DNA of 64,000 bases, from assembly GCA_030390025.1 (NCBI GenBank), contig CM059433.1, forward strand, positions 74,834,001 to 74,898,000. The letters are read 5' to 3'. Both the position numbers and the translations under genes were made by a program. Positions 37,092 to 50,534 of the stretch are shown piece after piece (position 1 is the first letter of the stretch; every line of letters begins with the position of its first letter). Source of the stretch: Squalus acanthias (Eukaryota). A model generated the notes under the pieces. That model made no database searches. It had not been told where the DNA came from and saw only the letters and a program-made list of their open reading frames with translations.

Positions 37092-39560
37092 ATAGAGTCA
37101 TAACAACACAGAAGGAGGCCATTCGGCCCATCAAGTCCACACCGGCTCTCTGTAGAGCAATCCAGTTAGTCCCATTCCCCCCTCTATCCCCGTAGCCCTG
37201 CAAGTTTATTCCCCTCAAGTGCCTATCCAGTCTCCCCTTGAAAACATTGAGTGTCTCCGCTTCCACCACTTCCGTCGGCAGTAAATTCCAGGTCATCACC
37301 ACTTGCTGCGTAAAAAAGGTTTTCCTCACATCCCCCCTGTATCTCTTGCCCAAAACCTTAAATCTGTGTCCCCTATTCCTTGTACCATCAACTAGTGGGA
37401 ACAGCCTTTCCCCGTCTAGCCTATCCAAACCCGTCATAATCTTGTACACCTCTATCAAATCACCCCTCAACCTCCTTCGCTCTAATGAAAACAAATCCAG
37501 CTTCGCCAACCTGTCCTTGTAGCTAAGATCCCCCATCCCCGGAACCATTCTGGTAAATCTCCTCTGCACCCTCTCAAGGGCCTTCACATCCTTCCTAAGG
37601 TGTGGTGACCAGAACTGGACGTAATACTCCAGTTGTAGCCTAACCAGTGCTTTATAAAGGTTCAGCATAACTTCTCTACTTTTGTACTCAATACCTCTAT
37701 TTATGAAGCCCAAGATCCCATATGCTTTGTCCTGCCACCTTCAGGCACTATGCACATTAACTCCCAGGTCCCTCTGTCCCTGCACACTCTTTAAAACTGT
37801 GCCATTAAGTGTATATTACCTCTCCCTGTTCCTTCTGCCAAAATGCATCACCTCACACTTCTCTGTATTAAATTCCATCTGCCGCTTGTCTGCCCATGCT
37901 GTTAGCCTTTCTATGTCCTGTTGCAGTCGATTAGTATCATCACTGTTTGCCACCAAGTTTCGTGTCATCAGCAAATTTAGAAATTCTACTCTGTATTCCA
38001 ATATCCAGTTCATTGATATATATCAAAAAAAGCAGTGGCCCCAGCGCTGACCCTTGGGGAACACCACTGTCTACCATCCTCCAGTCTGAAAAATAGCCAT
38101 TTACCACAACTCGCTGTTTTCTGTCCTTAAGCCAATTCCTTATCCAAGCTGCCACTGACCCAGCTATTCCATGAGCCTCAATTTTGTTAACCAGCCTTCT
38201 ATGTGGTACTTTGACAAACGCCTTCCTAAAATCCATGAAGACAACATCCATTGCATTCCCTTCATCAATCCTCTCTGTTACTTCATCAAAAAATTCAATT
38301 AGATTAGTCAAAAGCGATCTGCCTTTTACAAATCCGTGTTGGCTCTCCTTAATTAGCTTAAACCTCTCCAAGTGTCCGTTACTTTTTTCCTTCATTATTG
38401 TTTCTAAAACTTTACCCACCACTGATGTTAAACTGACCGGTCTGTAGTTACCATGATTGTCCTTACACCCTTTCTTGAACATGTGGTCACATTTACCACT
38501 TTCCAATCCTCAGGCACCTCCCCCGTATCTAGAGAAGATTGGAAAATTATGGCAAGCCCTTCCACTATCTCCTCCCCCAATTCCCTTAGCAACCTGGGAT
38601 GTAAGCCATCTGGACCAGGCGACTTATCCACTCTAACCTACCCAGCCTTTCTAGTACATCCTGTCCATCAATTTTCACCCCTTCCATTGCTTCTACCGAT
38701 ATTTTGTCAGCATCCACCTCCTTAGTAAACACCGATACAAAGTACTCATTGAGTATTCTAGCCTTGCCCTGCGCCTCTAAGCATATATCATCTTCTTTGT
38801 CCCTAATAGGCCCCACCCTGCCTCTTACTACCCGCTTACTGTTTACATGCTGGTAGAAGATTTTTGGGTTCCCTTTTATGTTAACTGCCATTCTACTCTC
38901 ATATTCTCTCTTTGTCAATCTTATTTTCATCTTCACTTCCTCTCTCAACTTATTGTATTTGGTCTGGTTCTCCCTTGAAGAATTCACCGGACATGCATCA
39001 TACACCCTCTTTTTTGTTTCATCATCTTCTCTATCTCCCTTGTCATCCAAGGAGCCCTTGCTTTGGTTCCCTTACCCTTCCCTCTTGTTGGAATGTACCT
39101 AGCCTGTACTTGGAACATCTCCTCCTTAAAGAGCACCCATTGTTCCATTACAGTTTTTCCTGTCAGTCTTTGGTTCCATTTTACCCTGGCTAGATCCTTT
39201 CGCATCCCATTGAAGTTAGCCCTAGTCCAGTTTAGAAGCTCCACTCTAGATTGTTCCTTGCTCCTCTCTATTGCTAATCTAAATCTTATGATACGATGAT
39301 CACAGACATTTGGTCGACCTGGCCCACCTCATTCCCCAGCACCAGATCCAGCAATGCCTCCTTCCTAGTTGGGCCAAGAACATATTGGTCAAGGAAATTC
39401 TCCTGAACACATTTCAGAAATTCCTCCCCCTCCTTTCCCTTTACCCTAGCATTATCCCAATCGATATTTGGGTAATTAAAGTCCCCCAATATCACCACTC
39501 TATAGCTCTTGCATATCTCTGCGATTTCACTGCAGATTTGCTCCTCTACCTCCCTTTCAT
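37092..39560 (-). mobile_element. CR1 LINE ORF2, decayed
   Basis: [51 protein letters not shown] motifs. Tail repeat (tatgactc)n at the left end. Confidence 0.95.
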
Positions 39561-39577
39561 ATTTTATGCTTTTAACT

Positions 39578-39755
39578 ATTAGTAACTTTCAAAAGGGAAT
39601 TGGATAAATACTTGAAGTGGAAATATTTGCTGGGCTAGGGGAAAGAGCAGGGGTGTGGGACTAATTAGATAGCTCTGTCAAAGAGCCAACACGTGTATGA
39701 TGGACCGAATGGCCTTCGTCTGTGCTGTATGTTTCTATGTTTCTATGAATCTATG
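39578..39755 (+). mobile_element. CR1 3' end (continuation of 34280-34903)
   Basis: tagtaactttcaaaagggaattggataaatac...gaatggccttcgtctgtgctgtatgtttctatgtttctatg tail. Confidence 0.8.
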
Positions 39756-40535
39756 AAATGAAGTTGATAGCTTCAGACTTTCATTTTCATGTGTAAAGTA
39801 AAAAGGAATATGGCACGAGGTCATCGCTTTCCTCGGGCCTCAATAGTGTATGCTTATTTCCACTTGTTTTATGCCAGTTTTTTCTTCTAAAGTATGCTAA
39901 CGAGATTCTCAGGAAATTTCTGCGTAAATTGCCGACGAGAAGATGAGCGTAAATTTCGGCGTTAGTTGCCAAATACGCAATTGCAGGAAATTCCAGATTC
40001 TACAACAGGAGACTAGAGCCTCAAATTTATAAGAAGGGGAGTGAAAAGACAGTTAGATTTAACTACATTTTACAGAGAGGGGTACTAAGGGAGACAGTGG
40101 GGCTGAGTGCGTTAGCAAATTCAAGGGAGAGTTGCCCAAGTAGCTGGCAAAAAATTTGATGGAGAGCTACAAGAGGTTTTGTGGGATATATTTCCTAGAT
40201 AGTGACACCAGACAAACATATTCAACAGTCTTTTCCGGTCCTGTACATTCAATGGTAATGTTCAGCTTCATTTCCAACAATTTGCAAGTCAATTTCTGAT
40301 TTGTTGCACCTGATTTTCAGCAGAATGGAAGAGAACAATGAAGAAGGTGTATTCGTGCATAAAAGCTAAATTGATAACAAATTTTTAACAAACACAGAAT
40401 TTATAATTAAATGTATATTTCTTGATTCACCTCATCTTCTCTCATACTCTTTTCATACTAGTGTCCTCTGTTATGGACCCTGACTTTTTATCTAGGGTCA
40501 CAACATAAAAATGACTGATGACAGTGTTATTTTAC

Positions 40536-40648
40536 CTGTTTAAGGTCCAGAGTGATAGTCACGTAATGGTAATCCATTCCATTTTGAATGCTGGGGCTTT
40601 GCCACCATCTGTTAGTGCCGTCAATTGCATTTGTTACTGGATGCCGTT
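40536..40648 (-). CDS. LAMA2: Laminin alpha-2, coding exon (probable exon 3)
   Basis: Not in the ORF track; read manually. ttttacAG acceptor and GTaaaa donor, 113 bp. Encodes (E)[37 protein letters not shown] and joins the previous exon in frame (G+AA=Glu). Confidence 0.95.
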
Positions 40649-41349
40649 CTGTAAAATAAATTGGGATGACATTCAAAGGTTGTTTAAAATATGAGTTTAA
40701 ACAAGGCTTATTTTTGAAAACCAGACCTTGCTATAAAATAATGCAGATGCATTATCTGCTCTATTCCTCAGTAAGACCCCTCACTGTAATCTAGGAGACT
40801 CAGATTCACCGCAGGGCACACTTCCCACAGGACTGTGATAAAAATTGGATGGTCTCACAATTAGCAAAATACTTGCACTTTCTTCCCACTAGATTATCAG
40901 ACTCACTCATAAGGGAAATTTTCCTGAGCCTGTCCCCACTGCACAGGATCGGCTGAGTGCAACAAATCACAATATGGTATATTTTCTATCTGGTGAGTTT
41001 GACAAAACATGCACGTGTGGGTGTGGAAATCCTTCTTGCCGGATTCCCCCTCAATCAGCACAGTGCGTGATCTTCCAGCCAGCCATTTAATCCAGCCTAA
41101 AGTACTTCATTGTAGAATATGCAAGAGCTTCATTTGAATATTAAAATTTATTTTAAAACATATGAATAGAGCCTACCATTATTTTGCATCCATTTAAAAT
41201 ATAATGCTGTGCACTCTGCATCAGGAATGGCAAAGCAGGGAATATCACCTCCCTTTAAAGTGCTGCAGGTTGTCTTTAAGTAATAGCCCCAACTGGATTT
41301 TCTACCCTCCCAATTGGTGAGCTGCCTAGGTAGCGAAATGTACCACCGC

Positions 41350-43040
41350 TAATGGTGAAACAAAAGGAGGGATTTGCACAAGAGGCCAGAGTCAAAGGAA
41401 CAGACAATGAGGTCGTAGAGTGCTGGAGGAGGTTAGAAAGATAAGGAGGGGTAGGGCATGACGTGATTTAAACACAAGGATCCGGATTTTAAATTTGATA
41501 TTTTGAGGGATCAGGAGCCAATATAGGTCAGCGAGGACAGGTGTGATTGTCAGGCGTGACATGGTGTGGGATAGGATATGGACGGAAGAATTTTGGGGTG
41601 GAACAGGACGCTGAGGTTGCGAACAGTCTGGTTCCGCCTGAGACAGTGATTAGGAAGGAAATGGAGTTTGTGCCAAGGTTAAGGAGCTTGTGGCAGGAAC
41701 CAAAGACAGTGGCTTTGGTTTTACTAATGTTTAGCTGAGGAAGTTACAGCTCATCCAAGACTGAATGTTTTGCAATCAATCTGACAGTATTGAGGCAATG
41801 GAGGAGTCGAGAAAGGTGGCATCGGTATACACCTGGCAGCTTTGGGTTCTGTTGTCAAGGAGCAACATATAGATGAGGAAGAGGAAGGATCTTTGAGGGA
41901 CTCCAGAGGTGATGATGTGGGGTTGGGAAGAGAAGCCATTGCTGGAGATGCTCTGGCTACAATTGGATAGGTAAGATTGAAACCAAGCAAGGGTAGTCCC
42001 CTGGAACTGAACAACAGAGGAGAGGTTTTCAAGGAATATTGTGAGATTGCAGGCTGCAGGGAGGTTGAGGAGGAGGGATAATGCAGTCTGGCCACAGTCA
42101 CAGAGAATGGGCCATAATTTGTGGCCCCTATGGGTGCGTACGAGGTGCGCACACGCTCGTAGGGACTGTGCAAGTTCCGGGTTTAGGCATGCACTGCGCA
42201 TGCGCTAAAACCCGGAACTTGCGATCTGTCAAGAATTTGCCCAACTTCTGCCCGTGAAATTCTTACGCCAGCATAAGAGTTTTTAAAAAAAATTAAAATA
42301 AAATTTTATCAATAATTTATACATTTAAAAACTTGTTAAATAAGGAAAGTTTATTTTTAGCCCCTTTAAAACATCTAAATTTATTGTTCAAAAAATAAAA
42401 ATTTTGTTTTAAATATGTAATTAAATGCCATTTTAATTAATTTTAAATGTGTGATTTTTTTTTAATTTATTTGTTGTGTAGCTGTATTTTTGGGGGTATT
42501 CCCATTCATGCTTATGGGGCTTCCCTACATAAGGAATCCCCATACGCATGAATGGGGATTCCCTTCTGTCATTCGTTGGTCCGGCCCACATGATCCCAAG
42601 GGCGCTGCGAACCGCCTGCGCCCCTGTGATATGTGGGCCTCTACCCGCGGGTACCCGGAGAGGCCCAGGACCGCGAATCTCCGTGGATCCCGAAGCCCCA
42701 GGTGCATGGGCATTTTATTTGCGGATCGGAGCATTTCCCCGCGGGAAGCCTCCGACTGCAAATTCAGGGCCAATATCTTTGGATAGGGCCATTTTGTGTG
42801 CTGTTGGAATGGTGAAAACCTGATTCCAACAGGGAGTTGTGGAAGGTGTGGACACAGATCTGGGATGTGATAACACGACAAAGGATCATGGAGGAAAAAA
42901 GAGAGATTGGAAATGGGATGGTAATTAGCGCGGACACAGGGGTCAAGAGTAGGTTTTTGAGGAGGGGTCTGATGACAGTAGTTTTGGAAGGGAGGGAGAC
43001 AGTGCATGAGGAGAAAGAACCATTTACAATATCAGCTAAA
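41350..43040 (-). mobile_element. Decayed L2 LINE split by a MITE
   Basis: Reverse-strand TLDPCVRANYHPISNL, LAWFQSYLSNCSQ and ITSGVPQ. Homologous to 13970-14850. Confidence 0.75.
42109..42771. mobile_element. Harbinger-type MITE (family D: GC-rich arms, AT-rich core)
   Basis: TIRs gggccataatttg / caaattcagggcc, AAT TSD. Confidence 0.75.
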
Positions 43041-43954
43041 ACACCAAGTATCTTTTTTCAAACTATAGGATCTAGCTGAGACGCAGGCTAGTATCATTTG
43101 AAAAGCTAACAAATATTCAACAATACAGAATAAAGTATATTATTTAGAGCAAGGAGAAAGTGGAGAAAAAAATGAAAGGAAAAAAAGATAGCCACAGCAG
43201 AAATAAAGTTTTTTTTTAATGTATTTTTCAACCTGCTTGTTACAAGGGATTCTAGTAAAACAGCAACAAGGTTTTTTTGAAGTGTAGAATTAAATCACAA
43301 TTATCACAGATGGGGTTGGGGGTAGAAATGGACATCGCCAGACCTAAAGTTGGGTAAACAGATGATAACATTTAAATTTGCTGGTTACCACCAGAAGGAG
43401 AATGTTCGGGAACTGAATGGAAAAGGAGCTGTTTGCTGATACCTTCTTTTGGAGGCTTGCTACTGCCCGACAAGGCAACAGTGATGCCAGAGGCTCTTTA
43501 AAACAGAAGTAAGAACAATGGAAACTCAAACACTTGTATTACAGTGAGGAAAATCTTGTTACTATGATCCAAAATATTATAATAAACATTAAAACATCTG
43601 ATATAATTAATGGAACTTCTGTGATTCACTCGCAGATCCATTTTTGTTATCTAGATTAACTTTAGAGTTTGAACTCTAAAATAGTCGTAAAATGATAGTT
43701 CATTCAAATATCCAAACTGAATAATTAAAGATTACCAGTTTCACAGTTCTGTAAGAAGAAGAAAAAATCTTATTTCCGACTCTCAAGCCAAATCCCCATG
43801 TAAAAGTTAAAGAGCAAGGAACCATAGTCTCCCTCCCTTCTAAATAATGACAGAGGACACCGTAAGTGCATTCAACAGGAAAAATCCCAGACAGTAATAA
43901 TTTAAAAATAAACACTTCCTTGAAGTCTGTCTCCATGAATAATGAACCACGTAC

Positions 43955-44125
43955 CCTTTGGATGTCTACTGTTTAAGTTACAGAGTCTGCACTGTGGGTT
44001 CCGAAATGGCCGTCCAGGAACGTGTTCTACCAGTTTGCAATACATTTCAGGGCCATTTTGACCACATGTGGCATTGGTACTGATATCAGCCATGCTGGCA
44101 AGATTTAGCACTGCTGGAAACAACC
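43955..44125 (-). CDS. LAMA2: Laminin alpha-2, coding exon (probable exon 2), LN domain start
   Basis: ttttcAG acceptor and GTacgt donor, 171 bp. Encodes (G)LFPAVLNLASMADISTNATCGQNGPEMYCKLVEHVPGRPFRNPQCRLCNLNSRHPK, the classic laminin alpha LN start. Phase 1/1. Confidence 0.95.
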
Positions 44126-44256
44126 CTGAAAAGAACAAAATAAGTTGCGTTAAAAGGCAGCTTCTCAATAATAACTTTGCATTTACTACAACTAAAGAAC
44201 AATTTCAATGATAAGCAATACTTTTTTCAGAACATTACACATTTTCTTGCAATATA

Positions 44257-47200
44257 AGGGACAGAGAGTAACAAAGGTAGAAAGGCATCAGTGACTAAGG
44301 TGACATCAGGGAAAAATAGAAATAAGTCAAAGCTAAAGGCATTATATCTGAATGCGCGAAGCATTCGCAACAAAATAGATTAATTAATAGGTTTGATCTA
44401 ATAGCCATTACGGAGATGTGGTTGCAATGTGGCTAAGGTTGGGAACTAAATATTCCAGGATACTTAACTTTTAGAAGAGATAGGCAAAATGGAAAAGGAG
44501 GAGGAGTAGCCCTGATAATAAAGGATGTGATAAAGATAGTAGAGAGAAAGGATCTTAGCTCCGAAAATCAAGAAGTAGAATCAGTTTGGATGGAGCTAAG
44601 AAACAGCAAGGGGCAGAAAGCATTGGTGGGAGTTGTTTATAGGCCGCCAAACAGTAGTTGTGATGTGGGGCAGAGTATAAATCAGGAAATTAGAGGTGCA
44701 TGTAGGGTAATACAGTAATCATGGGGGACTTTAATCTACATATAGATTGGGCAAACCAAATTTGTAGTAATAGTGTGGAGGACGAATTCATGGAATGTAT
44801 GCAAGATAGTTTTCTAGATCAGTATGTTGAGGAATCAACTAGGGAACAGGTTATTTTAGATCTAGTATTGTGCAACGAGAAAGGGTTAATTAATAACCTT
44901 GTAGTAAAGGGGCCTTTAGGGAAGATTGACCGTAATATGATAGAATTTTATATTGAGTTTGAAAGTGATTTAGTTAAATCCGAAACTAGGGTCTTAAATC
45001 TAAACAAAGCAAACTATGTAGGTATGAGGGGCGAGTTGGCTAAGGTAGATTGGGAAATTACATTAAAAGGTATGATGGTAGAGAAGCAATGGCTGGTATT
45101 TAAAGAATTAATACATAATTTACAACAAATATACATTCCTTTAAGGCACAAAAACCCCACAGGAAAACCGTGGATAACAAGAGAAGTTAAAGATAGTATT
45201 AGATCAAAGAAAGAGGCTTATAATGTTGCCAAAAAGAGTAGTAAGCCTGAGGATTGGGAGGATTTTAGAATTCAGCAAAGGGGGACCAAGAAATTGATAA
45301 AGAAAGGGAAAATAGAATATGAGAGTAAACTAACGAGAGACATAAAAATAGACTGTAAAAGCTTCTATAGGTATGTAAAAAGGAAAAGATTAGCGAAAGT
45401 AAATGTGGGTCCCTTACAGGCTGAGACAGGAGAAATTATAATGGGAAATAGGGAAATGGCAGAGAAATTCACAGAAGAAGACGCAAAAACATCCCGGAAA
45501 TAGTGAAAAACCAAGGATCTAGCGAGAATGAGGAACTGAAAGAAATTAGCATTGGTAAAAAAATAGTACTGGAGAAATTAATGGGACTGAAAGCCGATAA
45601 ATCCCCTGGACCTGATGGCCTACATCCTAGGATTTTGAAAGAGGTGGCTATAGAGATAGTGGATGCATTGGTGGTCATTTTCCAAAATTCCATAGATTCT
45701 CGAACAATTCCCGCGGATTGGAAGGTAGCAAATGTAACCCCACTATTTAAGAAAGGAAGGAGAGAGAAAATGGGGAACTACAGACCAGTTAGCCTGACAT
45801 CAGTAGTAGGGAAAATGCTAGAATCTATTATTAAGGACGCGGTAACAGGGCAGTTAGAAAATAATAATAGGATTGGGCAGAGTCAATACGGGTTTATGAA
45901 AGGGAAATCATGTTTGACGAATCTATTAGAGTGTTTTGAGGTTGTAACTAGCAGAATATATAAGGGGGAAGCAGTGGATGTGGTGTATTTGGATTTTCAG
46001 AAGGCATTTGATAAGGTACCACACAAGAGGTTATTAAACAAAATTAGGGCTCATGGGATTGGGGGTAATATACTAGCATGGATTGAGGATTGGTTAACAG
46101 ACAGAAAACAGAGAGTAGGAATAAACGGGTCATTTTCAGGTTGGCAGGCTGTAACTAGTGGGGTACCACAAGGATCAGTGCTTGGGCCTCAGCTATTCAC
46201 AGTCTATATCAATGATTTGGATGAGGGGACCAAATGTAATATATCCAAGTTTGCTGATGATACAAAGCTGGGTAGGAATGTAAGTTGTGAGGAGGATGCA
46301 GAGAGGCTTCAAGGGGATATAGACAGGCTAAGTGAGTGGGCAAGAACATGGCAAATGGAATATAATGTGGAGAAATGTGAAGTTATCCACTTTGGTATGA
46401 AAAATAGAAAAGTAGAGTATTTTTTTTAAATGGTGAGAGATTGGAAAATGTTGGTGTTCAGAGGGACCTGGGTGTCCTTGTACACAAATCACTGAAAGTT
46501 AACATGCAGGTACAGCAAGCAATTAGGAAAGCAAATACAGGAAACTCTTTATTAACCGGCACCCAAATATCCGGAAATCTCTCTTAACCGGCAAAATTCT
46601 TGAGTAGGTAACCGGGGTTTTCCTTCATCTCTCGTTTAAAATTAACTTTAAAAAAAACCCCGAGGCGTTTGCCTTGTATCGGAGCGTGTAGATTGGGAGG
46701 GGAATGTGCAGCCCGGGTAGGCAGCGGACACGACAGATGGTCAGCTGGCGGTCCCCGGGGAGATGGAGCTCCAAATGCAGGCGCATGTCAATGTGTACGG
46801 GGCTCTCGTACGTTGGGAGATATAACTCTCCGTTATCCGGACTTTTTGATTAACCGGCACCACGCCGGTCCCGTCGGTGCCGGTTAATAAAGAGTTTCCT
46901 GTAGTATGTTGGCCTTTGTTACAAGAGGATTTGAGTATAAGAGTAAAGACGTCTTACTGCAATTATATAGGGCCCTGGTGAGACCACACCTGGAGTATTG
47001 TGTACAGTTTTGGTCTCCTTACCTAAGGAAGGATATACTTGCCATAGAGGGAGTGCAACGAAGGTTCACCAGATGGATTTCTGGGATGGGGGGATTGTCC
47101 TATGTGGAGAGATTGAGTAGACTAGACCTATATTCTCGAGAGCTTAGAAAAATGAGAGGTGATCTCATTGAAACATATAAAATTCTTACAGGGCTTGACA

Positions 47201-47556
47201 GGGTAGATGCAGGGATGATGTTTCCCCTGGCTGGGGAATCTAGAACCAGGGGTCACAATCTCAGAATAAAGGGTTGGCCATTTAGGACTGAGATGAGGAG
47301 AAATTTCTTCACTCAGAGGGTGGTGAATCTTTGGAATTCTCTACCCCAGAGGGCTGTGGAGGCTCAGTCATTGAGTATATTCAAGACAGAGATCGATAGA
47401 TTTTTGGATATTAAGGGAATCAAGGGATATGGGGATAGTGCAGGAAAGTGGAGTTGAGGTAGAGGATAAGCCATGATCTTATTGAATGGTGGAGCAGGCT
47501 TGAGGGGCCAAATGGCCTACTCCTGCTCCTATTTCTTATGTTGTTATGTTCTTATG
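44257..47556 (+). mobile_element. CR1 LINE with near-complete but disrupted ORF2
   Basis: LKALYLNARSIRNK endonuclease start, [49 protein letters not shown]. Tail ttcttatgttgttatgttcttatg. Confidence 0.95.
46538..46901. mobile_element. Tc1/mariner-superfamily (Tigger/pogo-like) MITE in CR1
   Basis: Perfect 26-bp TIR caggaaactctttattaaccggcacc and TA TSD (46536-46537, 46902-46903). Confidence 0.9.
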
Positions 47557-49089
47557 AAAATGTCTGATTACATACAATATGCAGGAAATTATTAAGCACA
47601 TTCCTACACAATCTTATACATTTAAGAAGTGCTTTACTTAAAAATTATACTTTATATATTTGCTTTACACCCTATTGTTTCATTTTTTTTTTCTTGATGA
47701 TACTTGCATTATTTGATTGGCACAATCTGTTACATAATATTTCATGCCAGCCCTGCTTTCTGAAAAAAAATACATATGCAAATCTATCACCCCTTTGCAT
47801 GCTTCAGTAACTATTCTTGCCCACTTGCACTGATATTTTAAGTATAAAAATAAAATAGATTATTGGGTTTCTATTTTTTTGCAAGCAATTTGTATATTCT
47901 AGCTAAAATAAATACTCTGCATTGTGTAGGGACTCCTTTGGAGAAAAAAAGTGACTTTGTTGCTTGGAGAGTCAAGTCCTATCCGGCAGCACTCAAAGAG
48001 AATTGGGACAGAATGTAATGTTGGTACTACTGCTGTTTTGTGCTGGTGCCAGGAATAATGGCATCATCACAGATGTAACAGATGTTGTTTCTATTGGTGT
48101 AGCAAGTAGAAAATTTTGGCCAATATGTTTTTAACAGTTTTGCAATCCATTGACAGCTGCATGCACTGTGCCTCAGACATGCAAAACATGATTACACAGA
48201 GCTTATGGCACCAACAGAAATAATCTCTGTGCTGTTGGCTTTCAGTAAAGACCAAAACTGAAAAATTAGCGCATCAGTAAATTTACTTGAAAGATTAATC
48301 ACTGCTGACCTCTGCAAATTTGAGTAAGAATTTTAAAACAACTTGGGGATTACGGATCAGCAAAAGCGTAATATACTTGTTACATGCCAGTGGGGGAGGG
48401 TGTAATTTATGGGAAGCTCTTGGAAAACTGCACATTAGTATTCTGTATGTTTAGTTCAAAACAAAACTGTATATAGAAAGAAAAAACTTGCATTTATATA
48501 GCACCTTTCACATTTTTAGGATGTTCCAAAGCATTTCACAATGAAGTACTTTAATAGTAAATTAACTATTTTTGTTGCAGCTTTTTTCAAAAGTATTTAA
48601 TAAAATGTTGCACAAAATGTCTTGCTAATTGTTATGCTGAAGTTAAACCACACCATTTACTTCCAAAAACATACTTATTTACTCATTGCAACCTTTGAAT
48701 AAATTTAAAATCTAGCAAAATGACAAAACTATTACTTTTCCAAATAGTAACATTTTTCTTTCAAGTTCAACTACATTGTCAATTTATGTAAGCAGCATTT
48801 TAAATTTTAAATCCAGCAAGAGTGCACGGAGCAACTGGAAACAAGGCTGGGACCCAGATACTGCCGCACCCTGACCTGGTGCCGAAGAATCCAAGGTGCA
48901 CACAATTCCTATAATTGCGGTTACCCCTGGTGCACTCTTTGTTGTACAGATGCCCGGCAATGGTAGTCAAGTGAGGAGACCTCCCCCTGACCCTGTGAAC
49001 TTTGGTGAAGTTAGCAGCAAAGGTCTGGGTGCAAGCGCATCGCAGTACTTACACAGACATGACCCACCCAGGGAGGTTCGGAGCTACAA

Positions 49090-49385
49090 TGAGCTGGAAT
49101 TTGCGGTGAGAGGCGTACCTCCGGAGTACGCCTCCAACCCGATAAAAAAATCCGCACTTACCTTTAGGCTCCCGGGCTTCGGAGACTTCGGGTCCTGGGC
49201 CTGCAGACGTACGCCTGCGTAAAGGCCCACGAATCCCAGGGACACAGGCGGTTCAGAAGCGTCCCTGGGATCATGTGGGCCAGGTCCTCTAATCAGAAAG
49301 GAGGATTCCTAATATGCTTATGGGGATTCCATTTAGGAACAGAATCCCCGTAAGCATATGAGGAATCCTCAAATAAATAATTTAT
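49090..49385. mobile_element. Partial family-D MITE, inverted relative to 42109-42771
   Basis: gagctggaatttgcggtgagagg...gggcttcgg...ggtcctgggcct...gatcatgtgggcc matches the reverse complement of 42500-42771. Confidence 0.65.
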
Positions 49386-50534
49386 ACAACTGGAATAAAA
49401 ATAGTGGAAAAGTTGGAAAAACTATCCAGCAGACTAGTTAAGCAAAGTCTGACATAGTCATACTCACAGAATCATACCAATCAGTCAACATCCCAAACTC
49501 CTCCTTCACTATCTTTGGGTACGTTCTGTCACACAGACAGGACAGACCCATCAGAGGTGTCAGCACAGTGGTATACAGTCAGGAGGTAGTGGCCCTCAAG
49601 AGTCCTCAATATTAACTCTGGACTCTATGAGGTCTCTTGACTTCAGGTCAAACATGGGCAACGAAACCTCCTGCTGATTACCACCTGCTGTCCTTGACAG
49701 CTGATGAATCAGTACTCCTCCACCTTGAACACCACTTGGAGGAAGCACTGAAGATAGCAAGGATACAGAAGGTACTTTGGGTGGGGGATTTCAATGTCCA
49801 TCACCAAGAACGGCTCGGTAGTACCACCACTGACCGAGCCCTGAAGGACACACAGCTGCCAGACTGGGCTTGCGACAGGTGGTGAGACAATCAAAACAGG
49901 GGAATAACCTACTTGACCTCAACCTCAGCAATCTACCTGTCGCAGATGCGAATGTTCATTACAGCATTGCTAGGAGTGACCACCCGCACAGTCTTTTTGG
50001 AAACCAACTCCAATTTTCACACTGAGGAGACCCTCCATCGTGTTGTGTGGCAATACCACTGTACTAAGTGGCATAAATTAAGAACACATCTAGCAGCTAA
50101 AAACTAGGCATCCATAAGGCACTGTGGGCCATTAACAACAGAATTGTATATCATCACAATCTTTAACCTCATGACCTGACATATCCCTCACTCCATCACC
50201 ATCAAGCCAATCCTGGTTCCATGAGGAGCGTACAAAAGCAGCAGAAGATGTACCTGAAAATGAGGCGCCAACCTGGTGAAAGGACAACACAAGACTCCAT
50301 ACATGCTAATAGTGAACGCAGCATGTTATAGACAGAGCTAAGCAATCCCACAATCAACGGATCAGGTCAAGGGTCTGCAACACTGCCATATCCAGTAGTT
50401 GTGGTAGACAAGTAAGCAACTAACAGGTGGAGCTCCATGAACATCCCCATCCTCAATGATGATGGAGCGCAGCATGAGAGTGCAAAAGACAGGCCTGACG
50501 CATTTATAACCACCGTCAGCCAGAAATGCCAAGT

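Noticed and set aside
249-44125. LAMA1 as the gene identity
   Set aside because: [36 protein letters not shown] and SFYSKIHPLENGE fit LAMA2 better as recalled. A phylogeny or synteny check would be final.
48830-49045. Structured RNA or ribozyme upstream of the 49430 LINE
   Set aside because: GC-richer and possibly the LINE 5' UTR, but I could not assign a convincing fold by eye.
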